Assembly: GCA_018697095.1 (NCBI GenBank)
Contig: JABHSG010000003.1
Location: forward strand, 20,457 to 84,456
Reading direction: 5' to 3'
Length of the DNA: 64,000 nt
Origin: an archaeon
GTDB lineage: Archaea > Nanobdellota > Nanobdellia > Woesearchaeales > GW2011-AR9
The notes under the pieces are model-generated. The model was given only the letters and a program-made list of their open reading frames with translations. It was not told the DNA's origin and made no database searches. This document shows, piece after piece, positions 1-8,182 of the stretch (positions within the stretch are counted from its first letter, which is position 1; every line of letters starts with the position of its first letter). A program made the translations under genes and the position numbers.

Positions 1-337
1 AATTGATGGTGTAGCGTGTAAAGTAACTGACATTTCAGTATCAAGGCCTGGAAAACACGGGCATGCAAAAGTAAATTTAACCGCTGTTGGTTTACTTGAT
101 AGCAAAAAAAGAAATACAATGATGCCAGGGCACGATAAAATCGAAGCTCCAATCATTGAAAAGAAAACTGCTCAAGTTTTAGCAATCAATGGAAATATTG
201 CAAACATAATGGACGAAACCAGTTTTGAAACATTCGATTTAGAAATCCCAGAAGAATTAAAAAAAGATTGTACAGAAGGAAGAAACGTTTTGTACTGGGC
301 TTTAATGGGACAAAAAGTAATGAAACAAGTAAAATAA
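1..337 (+). CDS. eif5a: translation initiation factor 5A (aIF5A), 5' end cut by window edge
   Basis: Frame 2 reads IDGVACKVTDISVSRPGKHGHAKVN... from base 2. It contains the GKHGHAK hypusine-lysine motif and continues into the listed ORF 119..337. Confidence 0.9.
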   Translation, partial: IDGVACKVTDISVSRPGKHGHAKVNLTAVGLLDSKKRNTMMPGHDKIEAPIIEKKTAQVLAINGNIANIMDETSFETFDLEIPEELKKDCTEGRNVLYWALMGQKVMKQVK

Positions 338-383
338 ACTTAACATTACAAAAATCAAAAATATAACGGAAGTGAAATAATAC

Positions 384-551
384 ATGGCAACAAAATTCCC
401 AGAAGCTGAAGCACGCCTTTTCAAAAACATCTTTGTTGATAAAAAAACAAAGCGTAAGATTAGAGCTAACCCATTAAAAGTGCAAGCTGGAAAAATTAAA
501 GGTCGCGGTAAAGGCGGATCAAATAAACTAAGACCAAAAAAGAAAAAATAA
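384..551 (+). CDS. rpl40e: ribosomal protein L40e-like, cysteine-free (55 aa)
   Basis: ATG 384 to TAA 549-551, below the ORF-track size cutoff. Sequence: MATKFPEAEARLFKNIFVDKKTKRKIRANPLKVQAGKIKGRGKGGSNKLRPKKKK. The N-terminal FPEAEARxF and C-terminal LRPKKK resemble archaeal and eukaryotic L40e as I recall them. Confidence 0.6.
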   Translation: MATKFPEAEARLFKNIFVDKKTKRKIRANPLKVQAGKIKGRGKGGSNKLRPKKKK

Positions 552-681
552 ACCATTATTTTATATTTTTATTTTATTATCTTTACAAAGCAAACAAACT
601 TTTACATTCAACTTTTCTTCTCAATTTTCAAATCCAAATTTCAGGTAACCTTAAAAAGGAAAACTTCCTCATTTTCTTTTG

Positions 682-1914
682 ATGGTTGAAGCAGTTATTG
701 ATTTTATTCTAAGATACAAAGCAATTATTCTCTTTTACTTAGCGATTTTAATTTTTGTTTATCTGCATAAAACCAAAATTGACTTTCAAGCAAAAATCAT
801 TATGCTCTATAGAACTAGTTTTGGAATCAAAGCTATGAAATGGGCTTCTAAAAGATATGGTGAATGGATCAAGCTAGTTGGTTATGTAGCGGCTGGCGTT
901 GGTTTCATCGGAATGATTTTTATCACTTATACTCTTATTCAAAACCTAATCAAACTATTAATAGAACCAGCAGCGCAATCAGGTGTTGCCCTCATCCTCC
1001 CAGGAGTAAACATTCCCGGTTTAGGCGTTCTTCCTTTTTGGCATTGGTTAATTTCAATTTTTGTAATTGCACTAATTCATGAGTTTGGTCATGGTATTGT
1101 TGCAAAAGCTCACGGAGTTAAAATTCATAATACTGGGTTTGTCTTAATTGGACCTATCATCGGAGCTTTTGTAGAACCTGATGAAAAACAAATGGCTAAA
1201 CAATCCGACATTGTTAACTATTCAATTTTAGGAGCAGGCCCATTTGCTAACGTTCTTTTAGCAGGACTTGCAATCTTACTATTAAGCTTCGTTTTCAATC
1301 CAATTCATGCAGGTATGCTTGAAGAAACAGGATTTACTTTCGAAACTTACGCTGGAGAATTAATGCCAACTGAAATCGCAGGAATTCCTCTAAAAACAAC
1401 TATCAATTCTATTAATGGAGAAACAACAACAACTTTTCAAGACTTCGCGAGTGTTCTTCAATGTGAAGGGCCCGGAGATACAATTACTGTAACTGGTTTT
1501 GCTACATCTGAAGACAACACTGAACTTGGAGAAACTCAAGATTACAATATTACTTTAACAAATAACCCTGATGATGTATCTCGTCCTTTTTTAGGAATTT
1601 CTACAATTTCTAACGATTTTCAAATCAAAGAAGCTTATCAAACAGGCCTAAAACGAGCTTGGTATGAAGTAATCAATTGGCTTGTTGAATTTTCACGTTG
1701 GACATTCATCCTTAGTTTAGGAATTGGTTTATTCAACCTTCTACCACTTCCAATTGTAGATGGTGGAAAAATGGCACAAATTTTCCTAAGAAAACTCAAA
1801 GGAAAAGTGAAAGGAGACCATATTTACAGTAAAATAAGTGTACTACTATTATTCATCTTACTCTTTAGTTTACTTTTACCACTAATCAAAAAACTCTTTG
1901 GATTTATATTTTAA
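682..1914 (+). CDS. site-2 protease family (M50) membrane metalloprotease with PDZ-like insert
   Basis: HEFGHG (HExxH) lies in a TM helix and there is a C-terminal NLLPLPIVDGG motif. The protein has multiple TM segments. ATG at 682 directly follows TTG at 679. Confidence 0.85.
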   Translation: MVEAVIDFILRYKAIILFYLAILIFVYLHKTKIDFQAKIIMLYRTSFGIKAMKWASKRYGEWIKLVGYVAAGVGFIGMIFITYTLIQNLIKLLIEPAAQSGVALILPGVNIPGLGVLPFWHWLISIFVIALIHEFGHGIVAKAHGVKIHNTGFVLIGPIIGAFVEPDEKQMAKQSDIVNYSILGAGPFANVLLAGLAILLLSFVFNPIHAGMLEETGFTFETYAGELMPTEIAGIPLKTTINSINGETTTTFQDFASVLQCEGPGDTITVTGFATSEDNTELGETQDYNITLTNNPDDVSRPFLGISTISNDFQIKEAYQTGLKRAWYEVINWLVEFSRWTFILSLGIGLFNLLPLPIVDGGKMAQIFLRKLKGKVKGDHIYSKISVLLLFILLFSLLLPLIKKLFGFIF

Positions 1915-1980
1915 TTTATATTCTAATTTTTTAATTCTTTAATTATTACAACTTTTAGAACTCACTAAAATCACAAATAT

Positions 1981-2298
1981 TTATTTGTATTTCTTATCAA
2001 AAAATTTAGCAACTTGTTTCAATCCTTTCACTTCAGCATTCGGACCTAGCATATAATAGATTTTTTCAACGCTTGCCCCCCAGGAGAAATTTCCTTTCTC
2101 TACTTTTACTTCACGTACAACAAATTCTCCCGTTTGAATCCCTTTGCGTAAGTGATAATACACTAATCTAGATGCAATCTCTGGATAAATCTCATTATAA
2201 ACTTTAGAAACACGATACCCATAACCTTTACCCATATGCGCAAGTATCTCAACAATACGCTGACGTACTCTACTTTTTGCAGGTCTTCCTCTTGGCAT
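1981..2298 (-). CDS. small winged-helix DNA-binding protein (105 aa)
   Basis: MPRGRPAKSRVRQRIVEILAHMGKGYGYRVSKVYNEIY...VYYHLRKG is an HTH/wing-like pattern. ATG at 2298 is preferred over the longer track ORF. Confidence 0.45.
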   Translation of the reverse strand: MPRGRPAKSRVRQRIVEILAHMGKGYGYRVSKVYNEIYPEIASRLVYYHLRKGIQTGEFVVREVKVEKGNFSWGASVEKIYYMLGPNAEVKGLKQVAKFFDKKYK

Positions 2299-2349
2299 AC
2301 AATTACAAACAAACAATTCTTAAAGAACCTTACTGTTTTTGATATTACC

Positions 2350-2757
2350 TTGGCTAAAGCGCGAATTCCCAAAAAAAGGCAAAAAGTAATTGCAAAAGAA
2401 CATCTAAAAGCAGTTTTTACTCTAGCCAAAGAAAAGCGTAGCGACAAAAATCTCACAAACAAACTAATTAAACTCGCTCGTAAAATTGCAATGAAAGTAC
2501 GTATGAGACTTCCTCTTAATTACAAAAGGCAATATTGCAAACACTGTTATTCTTATCAAACACCTGGAACAAATCAAAGAGTCAGAATCCAGAACAAAAA
2601 AGTTGTACTAAAATGCCAAGAATGTAATAAATTCACTAGAATCCCTATAACACCTAAAAGAAAACAAACTAAAACTAAAAAAAAGGGTTCAAAAAATAAG
2701 AAACCAGATAATAGACGTAAGTCAAAATCTTCTTCTAAAAGACAAAGAAAAAATTAG
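2350..2757 (+). CDS. rnp4: RNase P protein component 4 (Rpp21/Rpr2 family) with Lys-rich tail
   Basis: Zn-ribbon CKHCYSYQTPGTNQRVRI...LKCQECNKF follows a helical N-domain (KLARKIAMKVRMRLP). The start is uncertain. TTG 2350 was chosen because the track start at 2236 overlaps the divergent gene. Confidence 0.65.
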   Translation: MAKARIPKKRQKVIAKEHLKAVFTLAKEKRSDKNLTNKLIKLARKIAMKVRMRLPLNYKRQYCKHCYSYQTPGTNQRVRIQNKKVVLKCQECNKFTRIPITPKRKQTKTKKKGSKNKKPDNRRKSKSSSKRQRKN

Positions 2758-3515
2758 CTTTTCTTAATACCCTTCTTCCAAAGTTCTAAAAAATACTTCC
2801 TATAGCTTTTAGCGATCGCTGTAGATTTAATCAAAAATGTAACTGGGTTCTCGCCCCAATGCAAAGTTGCGACAAATGACCCAAAAATAAAGATAGTTGT
2901 AGGCGAACTTAATTCCTTTTTCAAAAACAAAACAGAAGAAGAAGGCATACGCACAAAACTTTTGTCTTTTAAGTCATGGTTAAATAACACTCGAACACTT
3001 GCTTTTTTCTCTACGCGCTTTCTATGCCATTGAGGGAAATAAATTGGCAAACTAAGTAAAGCCTTACCTGTGCCACCCAAGACAAATATTTCTTCACCAC
3101 TTTTTATTTCACTAAGTATTTTTTCAAAAAATCCCCTCTGTGCCTGAACTCCTCTAAAAACAAATGCATCTTCTGATTCTACTGATAGCTTTTGCATTTG
3201 TTCAAGCTTAGGTAACAGTTTTTCAACTAATTTTCTCTCTTTAGCAACCTTAGCTTCTTTTTCACGTACCAAACACAAAAGTTGATCAGCACTAGCTGCC
3301 CTATATGACCTACTTCCTTCTTCATTAACAAATGAAACTAAGCCTTTTTGTTCTAAACGCTGTAAAACATCATAACATGAAACTCGTCCAACTCCACTAT
3401 TTTTTACAAGTTCAGCAACTGTTGACTTTCCAAGTTTTACTAAAAGTAAGTATAATTCACTTTGCTGAGCTGTAAGTCCAATCCCTAAAAGCGAAGACTT
3501 CATTTTTTCTATCAT
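2754..3515 (-). CDS. TrmB-family transcriptional regulator
   Basis: The N-terminal wHTH LGLTAQQSELYLLLVKLGKSTVAELVKNSGVGRVSCYDVLQRLEQKGLV is followed by a coiled coil and a C-terminal domain. Confidence 0.7.
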   Translation of the reverse strand: MIEKMKSSLLGIGLTAQQSELYLLLVKLGKSTVAELVKNSGVGRVSCYDVLQRLEQKGLVSFVNEEGSRSYRAASADQLLCLVREKEAKVAKERKLVEKLLPKLEQMQKLSVESEDAFVFRGVQAQRGFFEKILSEIKSGEEIFVLGGTGKALLSLPIYFPQWHRKRVEKKASVRVLFNHDLKDKSFVRMPSSSVLFLKKELSSPTTIFIFGSFVATLHWGENPVTFLIKSTAIAKSYRKYFLELWKKGIKKS

Positions 3516-3555
3516 AAATCAAATAATCGCCCTTTAGATAAAAACCTTATGCTCA

Positions 3556-3576
3556 GTTGTAATGTGCCATTACAAC
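3556..3576. promoter_or_regulatory. perfect 9-3-9 inverted repeat in the divergent TrmB-regulator / ORF3615 intergenic region
   Basis: gttgtaatg-tgc-cattacaac was read directly. It lies 41 bp from the regulator ATG at 3515. Confidence 0.5.
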
Positions 3577-3614
3577 AATAATTGAAAAGCACACCTACAA
3601 AATGTGAACAAACA

Positions 3615-4124
3615 ATGGACCATATGACTGAATTTGAAAAAACTTTGCTAGGGGCAAAATTCAGATATTTACATCAAGAAACTCTAACTTTATTTCCAAG
3701 AATTCTAGAAAAAAGAGTTTTATCGCACTTTACTTTTGCTGCTAAAGCATATCAACATACACTAAAAGAAATAGACGAAGTAATTGGGAATGATCAAAAA
3801 ATAACTCCTATAGCTATCGGAAAAACAAGATATTTGACTTCTGAAGCAAAAAAACTATGGGGAAGTACCACTACAACTTCTACAACCAAACTTGGGCTCC
3901 ACACTCTATTTGATGAATTCCAAAATTCATTTACTTATTTTCACAGATACTCTCCTTTATGCTATGTAGATTTAACTGATCCTAACAAGCCAAAATTTGA
4001 ATGGAGAAAGCTGAATTCTAGAAATAGTAGAAGTGGAATAGAACTAAGGTTACTTAGTTTGTCATCTGCATGGGAATTATATGAACTAGGCGCCCATAAT
4101 CAAGGATACAAATTAAGGTTTTGA
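3615..4124 (+). CDS. hypothetical protein
   Basis: Long ORF with no recognised motif. ATG 3615 is preferred over TTG 3582. Confidence 0.4.
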   Translation: MDHMTEFEKTLLGAKFRYLHQETLTLFPRILEKRVLSHFTFAAKAYQHTLKEIDEVIGNDQKITPIAIGKTRYLTSEAKKLWGSTTTTSTTKLGLHTLFDEFQNSFTYFHRYSPLCYVDLTDPNKPKFEWRKLNSRNSRSGIELRLLSLSSAWELYELGAHNQGYKLRF

Positions 4125-4149
4125 TTTAAAAATAAAATAAAATAAAAAT

Positions 4150-5700
4150 CTAACTATAAACATTCCTTCCAAACTTACCACCCTTTTTCTTAAATGATGG
4201 ATACTTAGGAATACTTTTCCGATAAGAGTTTTCAGCGCCAAATCTTCTTCCTTGTCTATTTGACTCTTGACTTTGTGAATCCCCTGAATTTTCCAACCTA
4301 TCTGAACCAGTTAAAATATTCTCAGTGTCATTTCCTTGACCTTCTAATTCTTCTTCAGAAGGATCTTCTTCAGTTGAGTCCTCTGCTTCATCTTCGTCCT
4401 CGCTAGGACCGTCAGCAACATCGTCTGTCTCTTCTGATTCCTCTGGCTCATCATCTTCATTGTCCCCATCGTCATCTCCTAATTCCTCAGTTAACTCTTC
4501 ATTATTAACTGGAACTGCTGGAATAACATTAGTTACAAAAGGCACTTGCGTTTCTTCTTCCAAAGTTTCACTAGACTCTTCTGGTTCTACTTCAACTTCG
4601 TCAAGTTTTTCCTTAGCTTCTTTTACTTGTTCTAATTCTTCTGTTAAAACTTTTGAAGTTTCTTTTGCACTCTCTAAGGCAACATCACTATCATTTCTTT
4701 GGTTTTCATTATTTTCGGCACTAATTCCAACACTACTTTCAGCCTTACTTTCAATTTTTCTTTCTACATTCAATGGTTTTGCAGACAATAAATATACGTT
4801 CTCACCAATTATTGAAAATGATAATTTACAGGCCCCTCCAAGTGATTTTTGAGCTTTCTGCCCTTGCCGAGTTACTTCACCACATTCCCTATCAGTTAAT
4901 GTTTGATTTGCTTGATCTCTTAAATCAACACTACGTTGAACAATTTTACCATCATCATGAAATGCTCCTTCAATTTGTTCATCAATTTCGCAAGATACAA
5001 CTTCTCTTGGTCCGTTTGAAACTACATAAGAGTCATATACACTTCCTTCTTCTCCTAAACTATTCCCTAGGCCATACACAGCTTCAATTACACTTTTTTC
5101 AGTGTCTCCTGTAAATGGATGATTGGTAAAAACTAATCCGCTTTTTTGAGAATTAATCATTTCTTGAACAAGTATTGCTGGGTATCCTTCTCCCTTATGA
5201 ATTTTCAAATTTGGAGCGCTATAATATCCTGCCACAAGAGATTTTATTGCATTAAGTAAATCTTTTACTCCATTAACAGCCAACTTAACCTTCCCTTGCA
5301 ATGAACTATTAGCGCAGCTTTGCCTAACAGCAACAGATGCTTCGCGCGCAACTACTAGTCCTTCAGCAACACTTCCTCCTTGTGTTGCCCCGAAAATTTC
5401 GTAGTGATCAAGCAAATCTTCAGATAATTCAGGCGAAAATTCTGCGCTATGTACTAATTCAGAAATTGCAAAAGAGATTTCAGAAGACTCAACTCCAAAT
5501 GCAAGCGAAGCGCAAAGCTCTTTTATTTGACTAAGTATCCCTGCTTCTTCTAAAAAGCGTGAGATACCATCACTTGCTAAGATAAATCCAGAAGGAACTA
5601 AAAATCCGCCATTCATCATTTTTCCAAGAGCTCTTGCCTTATATCCTACAAGCGATACGTCAGCTTCTCCAGCATCTTTTAACCAATAAATATATTTCAT
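4150..5700 (-). CDS. PEP-utilising enzyme N-terminal (PPDK_N, ATP-grasp) domain protein with long acidic tail
   Basis: MKYIYWLKDAGEADVSLVGYKARALGKMMNGGFLVPSGFIL is typical of the PEP synthase / PPDK N-terminus. No swivel-His or PEP/pyruvate domain is seen. The C-terminal ~180 aa are D/E-rich, followed by a basic end. Confidence 0.6.
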   Translation of the reverse strand: MKYIYWLKDAGEADVSLVGYKARALGKMMNGGFLVPSGFILASDGISRFLEEAGILSQIKELCASLAFGVESSEISFAISELVHSAEFSPELSEDLLDHYEIFGATQGGSVAEGLVVAREASVAVRQSCANSSLQGKVKLAVNGVKDLLNAIKSLVAGYYSAPNLKIHKGEGYPAILVQEMINSQKSGLVFTNHPFTGDTEKSVIEAVYGLGNSLGEEGSVYDSYVVSNGPREVVSCEIDEQIEGAFHDDGKIVQRSVDLRDQANQTLTDRECGEVTRQGQKAQKSLGGACKLSFSIIGENVYLLSAKPLNVERKIESKAESSVGISAENNENQRNDSDVALESAKETSKVLTEELEQVKEAKEKLDEVEVEPEESSETLEEETQVPFVTNVIPAVPVNNEELTEELGDDDGDNEDDEPEESEETDDVADGPSEDEDEAEDSTEEDPSEEELEGQGNDTENILTGSDRLENSGDSQSQESNRQGRRFGAENSYRKSIPKYPSFKKKGGKFGRNVYS

Positions 5701-5856
5701 AAATCCCACCCCTAAAATAATTCTCAAACTATCTTCTATACAAAATAAACTTAATTAAAACTAAAAGAAGAATGAATATATAATCCTTATTGAAATTTAA
5801 ACCTTCATTACATCTTAAAAAATGCTAAACTGGCCTTAAACTGATAATATTAACAA

Positions 5857-6234
5857 TCACATCTCATCGTCATCTTCAAAATCAGCACCAAAATCATCTG
5901 TTTCTTCAATATCAGTTTTATACTCTTTTTTGTAAGATTCACGTGGAATATCAGAAACTTTAACGGTTGCAAAATTTTTTGATCTAGATGAAGAATGTGA
6001 ACTTGATGCTGGTTTTTTGTCTAGTTTTGCAACAAATTCTCCAAAAGCTGCTTTTGCTAGAACTTTTTTAACTTTAATTTTTACATAATCGCCTTTTTTA
6101 ACGCCTGGAACAAACACCACAAAGCCCCTTACTCGACAAATACCATCGCCTTTTGCTCCTACTGCCTGTACTTCTACTTCATATTCTTGACCTTCTTTTA
6201 CTGGTACTTGTTGTTCCATTACTTTTTGCCTCAT
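5857..6234 (-). CDS. TRAM-domain (OB-fold) RNA-binding protein with acidic tail
   Basis: VKEGQEYEVEVQAVGAKGDGICRVRGFVVFVPGVKKGDYVKIKVKKV is a classic stand-alone TRAM pattern. Confidence 0.7.
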   Translation of the reverse strand: MRQKVMEQQVPVKEGQEYEVEVQAVGAKGDGICRVRGFVVFVPGVKKGDYVKIKVKKVLAKAAFGEFVAKLDKKPASSSHSSSRSKNFATVKVSDIPRESYKKEYKTDIEETDDFGADFEDDDEM

Positions 6235-6317
6235 ATAGTTAATTATGTTCTTTATTACCTTCCCAGAAGAAAGTCAATATAAAAATGCTTCGTGTGTAAA
6301 ACAAAAAGATATATGGA

Positions 6318-6357
6318 GAAAAAACAAGAAAAAACAAAGAAAAAACAAAGAAAAAAT
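6318..6357 (-). terminator. oligo-T runs (minus strand) downstream of radA, in an ~11-nt A-rich tandem
   Basis: The plus strand reads agaaaaaacaagaaaaaacaaagaaaaaacaaagaaaaaa, giving several T5-T6 runs on the minus strand after the radA stop. Archaeal termination commonly uses oligo-T. Confidence 0.4.
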
Positions 6358-6401
6358 AAATAATTTATTTCAATTTATCAATCTTATCAATCACTTGATC
6401 A

Positions 6402-7475
6402 TCAAAAATCTTTAAGCCCAGGCCCAGTAACTTCAAAAGGTGCTTCTCCTTCAGGCAAATTAGGACTATCAATTAGTTTTGCAACCCGGCTTCCTTTTCT
6501 GCCCTTTCGTAAATAAATTCTAAAGGTACTAGCATGAGCCACAATATGTCCTCCAATTGCAACAGTTGGATCTCCAAAAAATGAATCTGGTTTTGACATT
6601 ACTTGATTCGTTACAAAAACACAAATATTTTGTGAACTAGACAACTTTCCAAGTGTATGCATATGCCTATTCAACTTTTGTTGCCTCTCAGCAAGGGTTC
6701 CACGTCCAATAAATTCTGCTCGAAAATGCGCAGTTAATGAATCAACAACAACTAATTTTATTTTCTTGCCTTGCTCTTTAATTAAGCCTTCAACTTTCTC
6801 AGCAAGTAACATTTGATGATCTGAGTTATACGCTCGTGCAACCATTATCCGTCTTAATGCATCTTCATAATCAAGTCCTACTCCTACACATAATTCTTTT
6901 ATCCTTTCTGGCCTAAAGGTGTTTTCAGTATCAATATACACAACACTTGCTTTAGGATCACGTGACAATACTTGTACAACTAGTACATGTCCAATTTGTG
7001 TTTTCCCAGAACCAAATTCTCCAAAACATTCAGTAATTGCTCCAGTTTCAAAACCTCCGCCAAGCAGTGCATCAATATTGCTACTTCCTGTAGGAATTCT
7101 CATAACTTTTGCTCGTCTAGCTAAAACTTGCGTTCCAGTTTCAAAACCCATCTTCATTGAGTCTCTTGCTGCATTGATAATCTTACGAGCCACAGCTTCA
7201 GATACTCCAGCAGCTTCGCACAATTTCCCAGGGCTTGCTACAGCAATACTAAGTACATCATGAAACCCAGAACTTTGAAGTTTCTCAGCGGTCGCTGCTC
7301 CAACTCCTGGAAGACTCGTTACATCGATTGCTTCAGGAACATCATCTTCAACTGCATTTTTTTCTGTTTCCAAAACTGATTCTTCGTTAATATTCATTTC
7401 ATCTACCACCTTTTTGGTGCCAAAAACTTCGTTTTTCTGCATAATTATATTCTCTACTTTTGCTGCTCTTGCCAT
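6402..7475 (-). CDS. radA: DNA repair and recombination protein RadA
   Basis: The HhH domain reads LPGVGAATAEKLQSSGF, Walker A is GEFGSGKTQ and Walker B is KLVVVDSL. Length is typical of RadA. Confidence 0.95.
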   Translation of the reverse strand: MARAAKVENIIMQKNEVFGTKKVVDEMNINEESVLETEKNAVEDDVPEAIDVTSLPGVGAATAEKLQSSGFHDVLSIAVASPGKLCEAAGVSEAVARKIINAARDSMKMGFETGTQVLARRAKVMRIPTGSSNIDALLGGGFETGAITECFGEFGSGKTQIGHVLVVQVLSRDPKASVVYIDTENTFRPERIKELCVGVGLDYEDALRRIMVARAYNSDHQMLLAEKVEGLIKEQGKKIKLVVVDSLTAHFRAEFIGRGTLAERQQKLNRHMHTLGKLSSSQNICVFVTNQVMSKPDSFFGDPTVAIGGHIVAHASTFRIYLRKGRKGSRVAKLIDSPNLPEGEAPFEVTGPGLKDF

Positions 7476-7912
7476 TATACACTCACCTCTGCTTTAAATA
7501 ATTCTTGCTCTTTAATGATTAGATCCTCATATGCACGTTGCATTACTGCTGCTACCTTTGGAAGATCGTTTAATCGAAGTGAATTGGTTGATTTCCAATT
7601 CCCTTCTTTATCTTGATATATTCTCTCAAGTGAAACTGTATTATAGCTCCCACTTCCTTTTTCATTTTGAAAAGAATTAGACCATACTGTCGCAGATATC
7701 GCTCCAGCCCGATACTTCTTTTGTGGATAGTTTTTAGAACCACCAAACTGTACTCCACTTTCTGAAGCAATTGCATCACTCACAATAAATTCTTCCTTAA
7801 CTTTGGTATTAGTATACCTTTTAACACTAGCCTGCTTTGTCGGCACGCTTCCATATTGGATTCCTTCCCCAATATTATTTGCACTACTTTCACTCACTAC
7901 ATAACTTTCCAT
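7475..7912 (-). CDS. possible PC4-like ssDNA-binding protein, translationally coupled to radA
   Basis: The C-terminal SATVWSN...YNTVSLERIYQDKEGNWKSTNSLRLNDLPKVAAVMQRAYEDL resembles the PC4/YdbC fold signature (xIRxYxxDxxGxxKPxxKGIxL). Its stop overlaps the radA ATG as TAATG. Confidence 0.4.
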   Translation of the reverse strand: MESYVVSESSANNIGEGIQYGSVPTKQASVKRYTNTKVKEEFIVSDAIASESGVQFGGSKNYPQKKYRAGAISATVWSNSFQNEKGSGSYNTVSLERIYQDKEGNWKSTNSLRLNDLPKVAAVMQRAYEDLIIKEQELFKAEVSV

Positions 7913-8182
7913 AGTTCTTCACCTCGTTGCTTATCGCTTCTTATTTCAACAGACACAATTTTCGGACTAATTTTCAACGCCCTTTTGATCTGCCAAGGTG
8001 CAAATCGTTTCCAACTTGCAAGAACTACAAATGATAATCCCTTTAAAAGCGCCATCCGAAGGTGACCAGTGGGTAGTGGCCAAAGAAAAATCAATGTTAA
8101 AGGGCGACAAACCCCCATAAAACTATAGTGTCCAGTGGCTTCAGAAAATTTATTAAACAAAAACAACTAAAAAATTATTATT

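Noticed and set aside
302-556. Minus-strand 84-aa ORF overlapping the aIF5A end and the L40e gene
   Set aside because: It is hydrophobic and low-complexity, and overlaps two well-supported plus-strand genes.
2163-2462. Minus-strand ORF 2163..2462, and the 5' extension (2236-2349) of the Rpp21 ORF
   Set aside because: They overlap the wHTH gene and the divergent promoter region. The conserved Rpp21 sequence begins later, so TTG 2350 was used.
4460-5114. Plus-strand ORFs 4460..4852 and 4773..5114 (Ser-rich), and similarly 47561..48094
   Set aside because: They are antisense to acidic or Ser-rich low-complexity coding regions. GAA/GAT-rich codons read as TTC/ATC on the other strand, giving long open shadows.
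7897-8166. ORFs 7856..8065(+) and 7897..8166(-) in the long spacer; also a tRNA (the D-loop-like AGTGGGTAG at 8068-8076) and an H/ACA sRNA
   Set aside because: The ORFs have implausible composition and no start context. I could not build an acceptor stem, anticodon arm or T-arm (no GTTCRAnnC), so no tRNA is called. The putative H/ACA pocket is very asymmetric (4 nt versus 16 nt). I report only an unclassified candidate structure.
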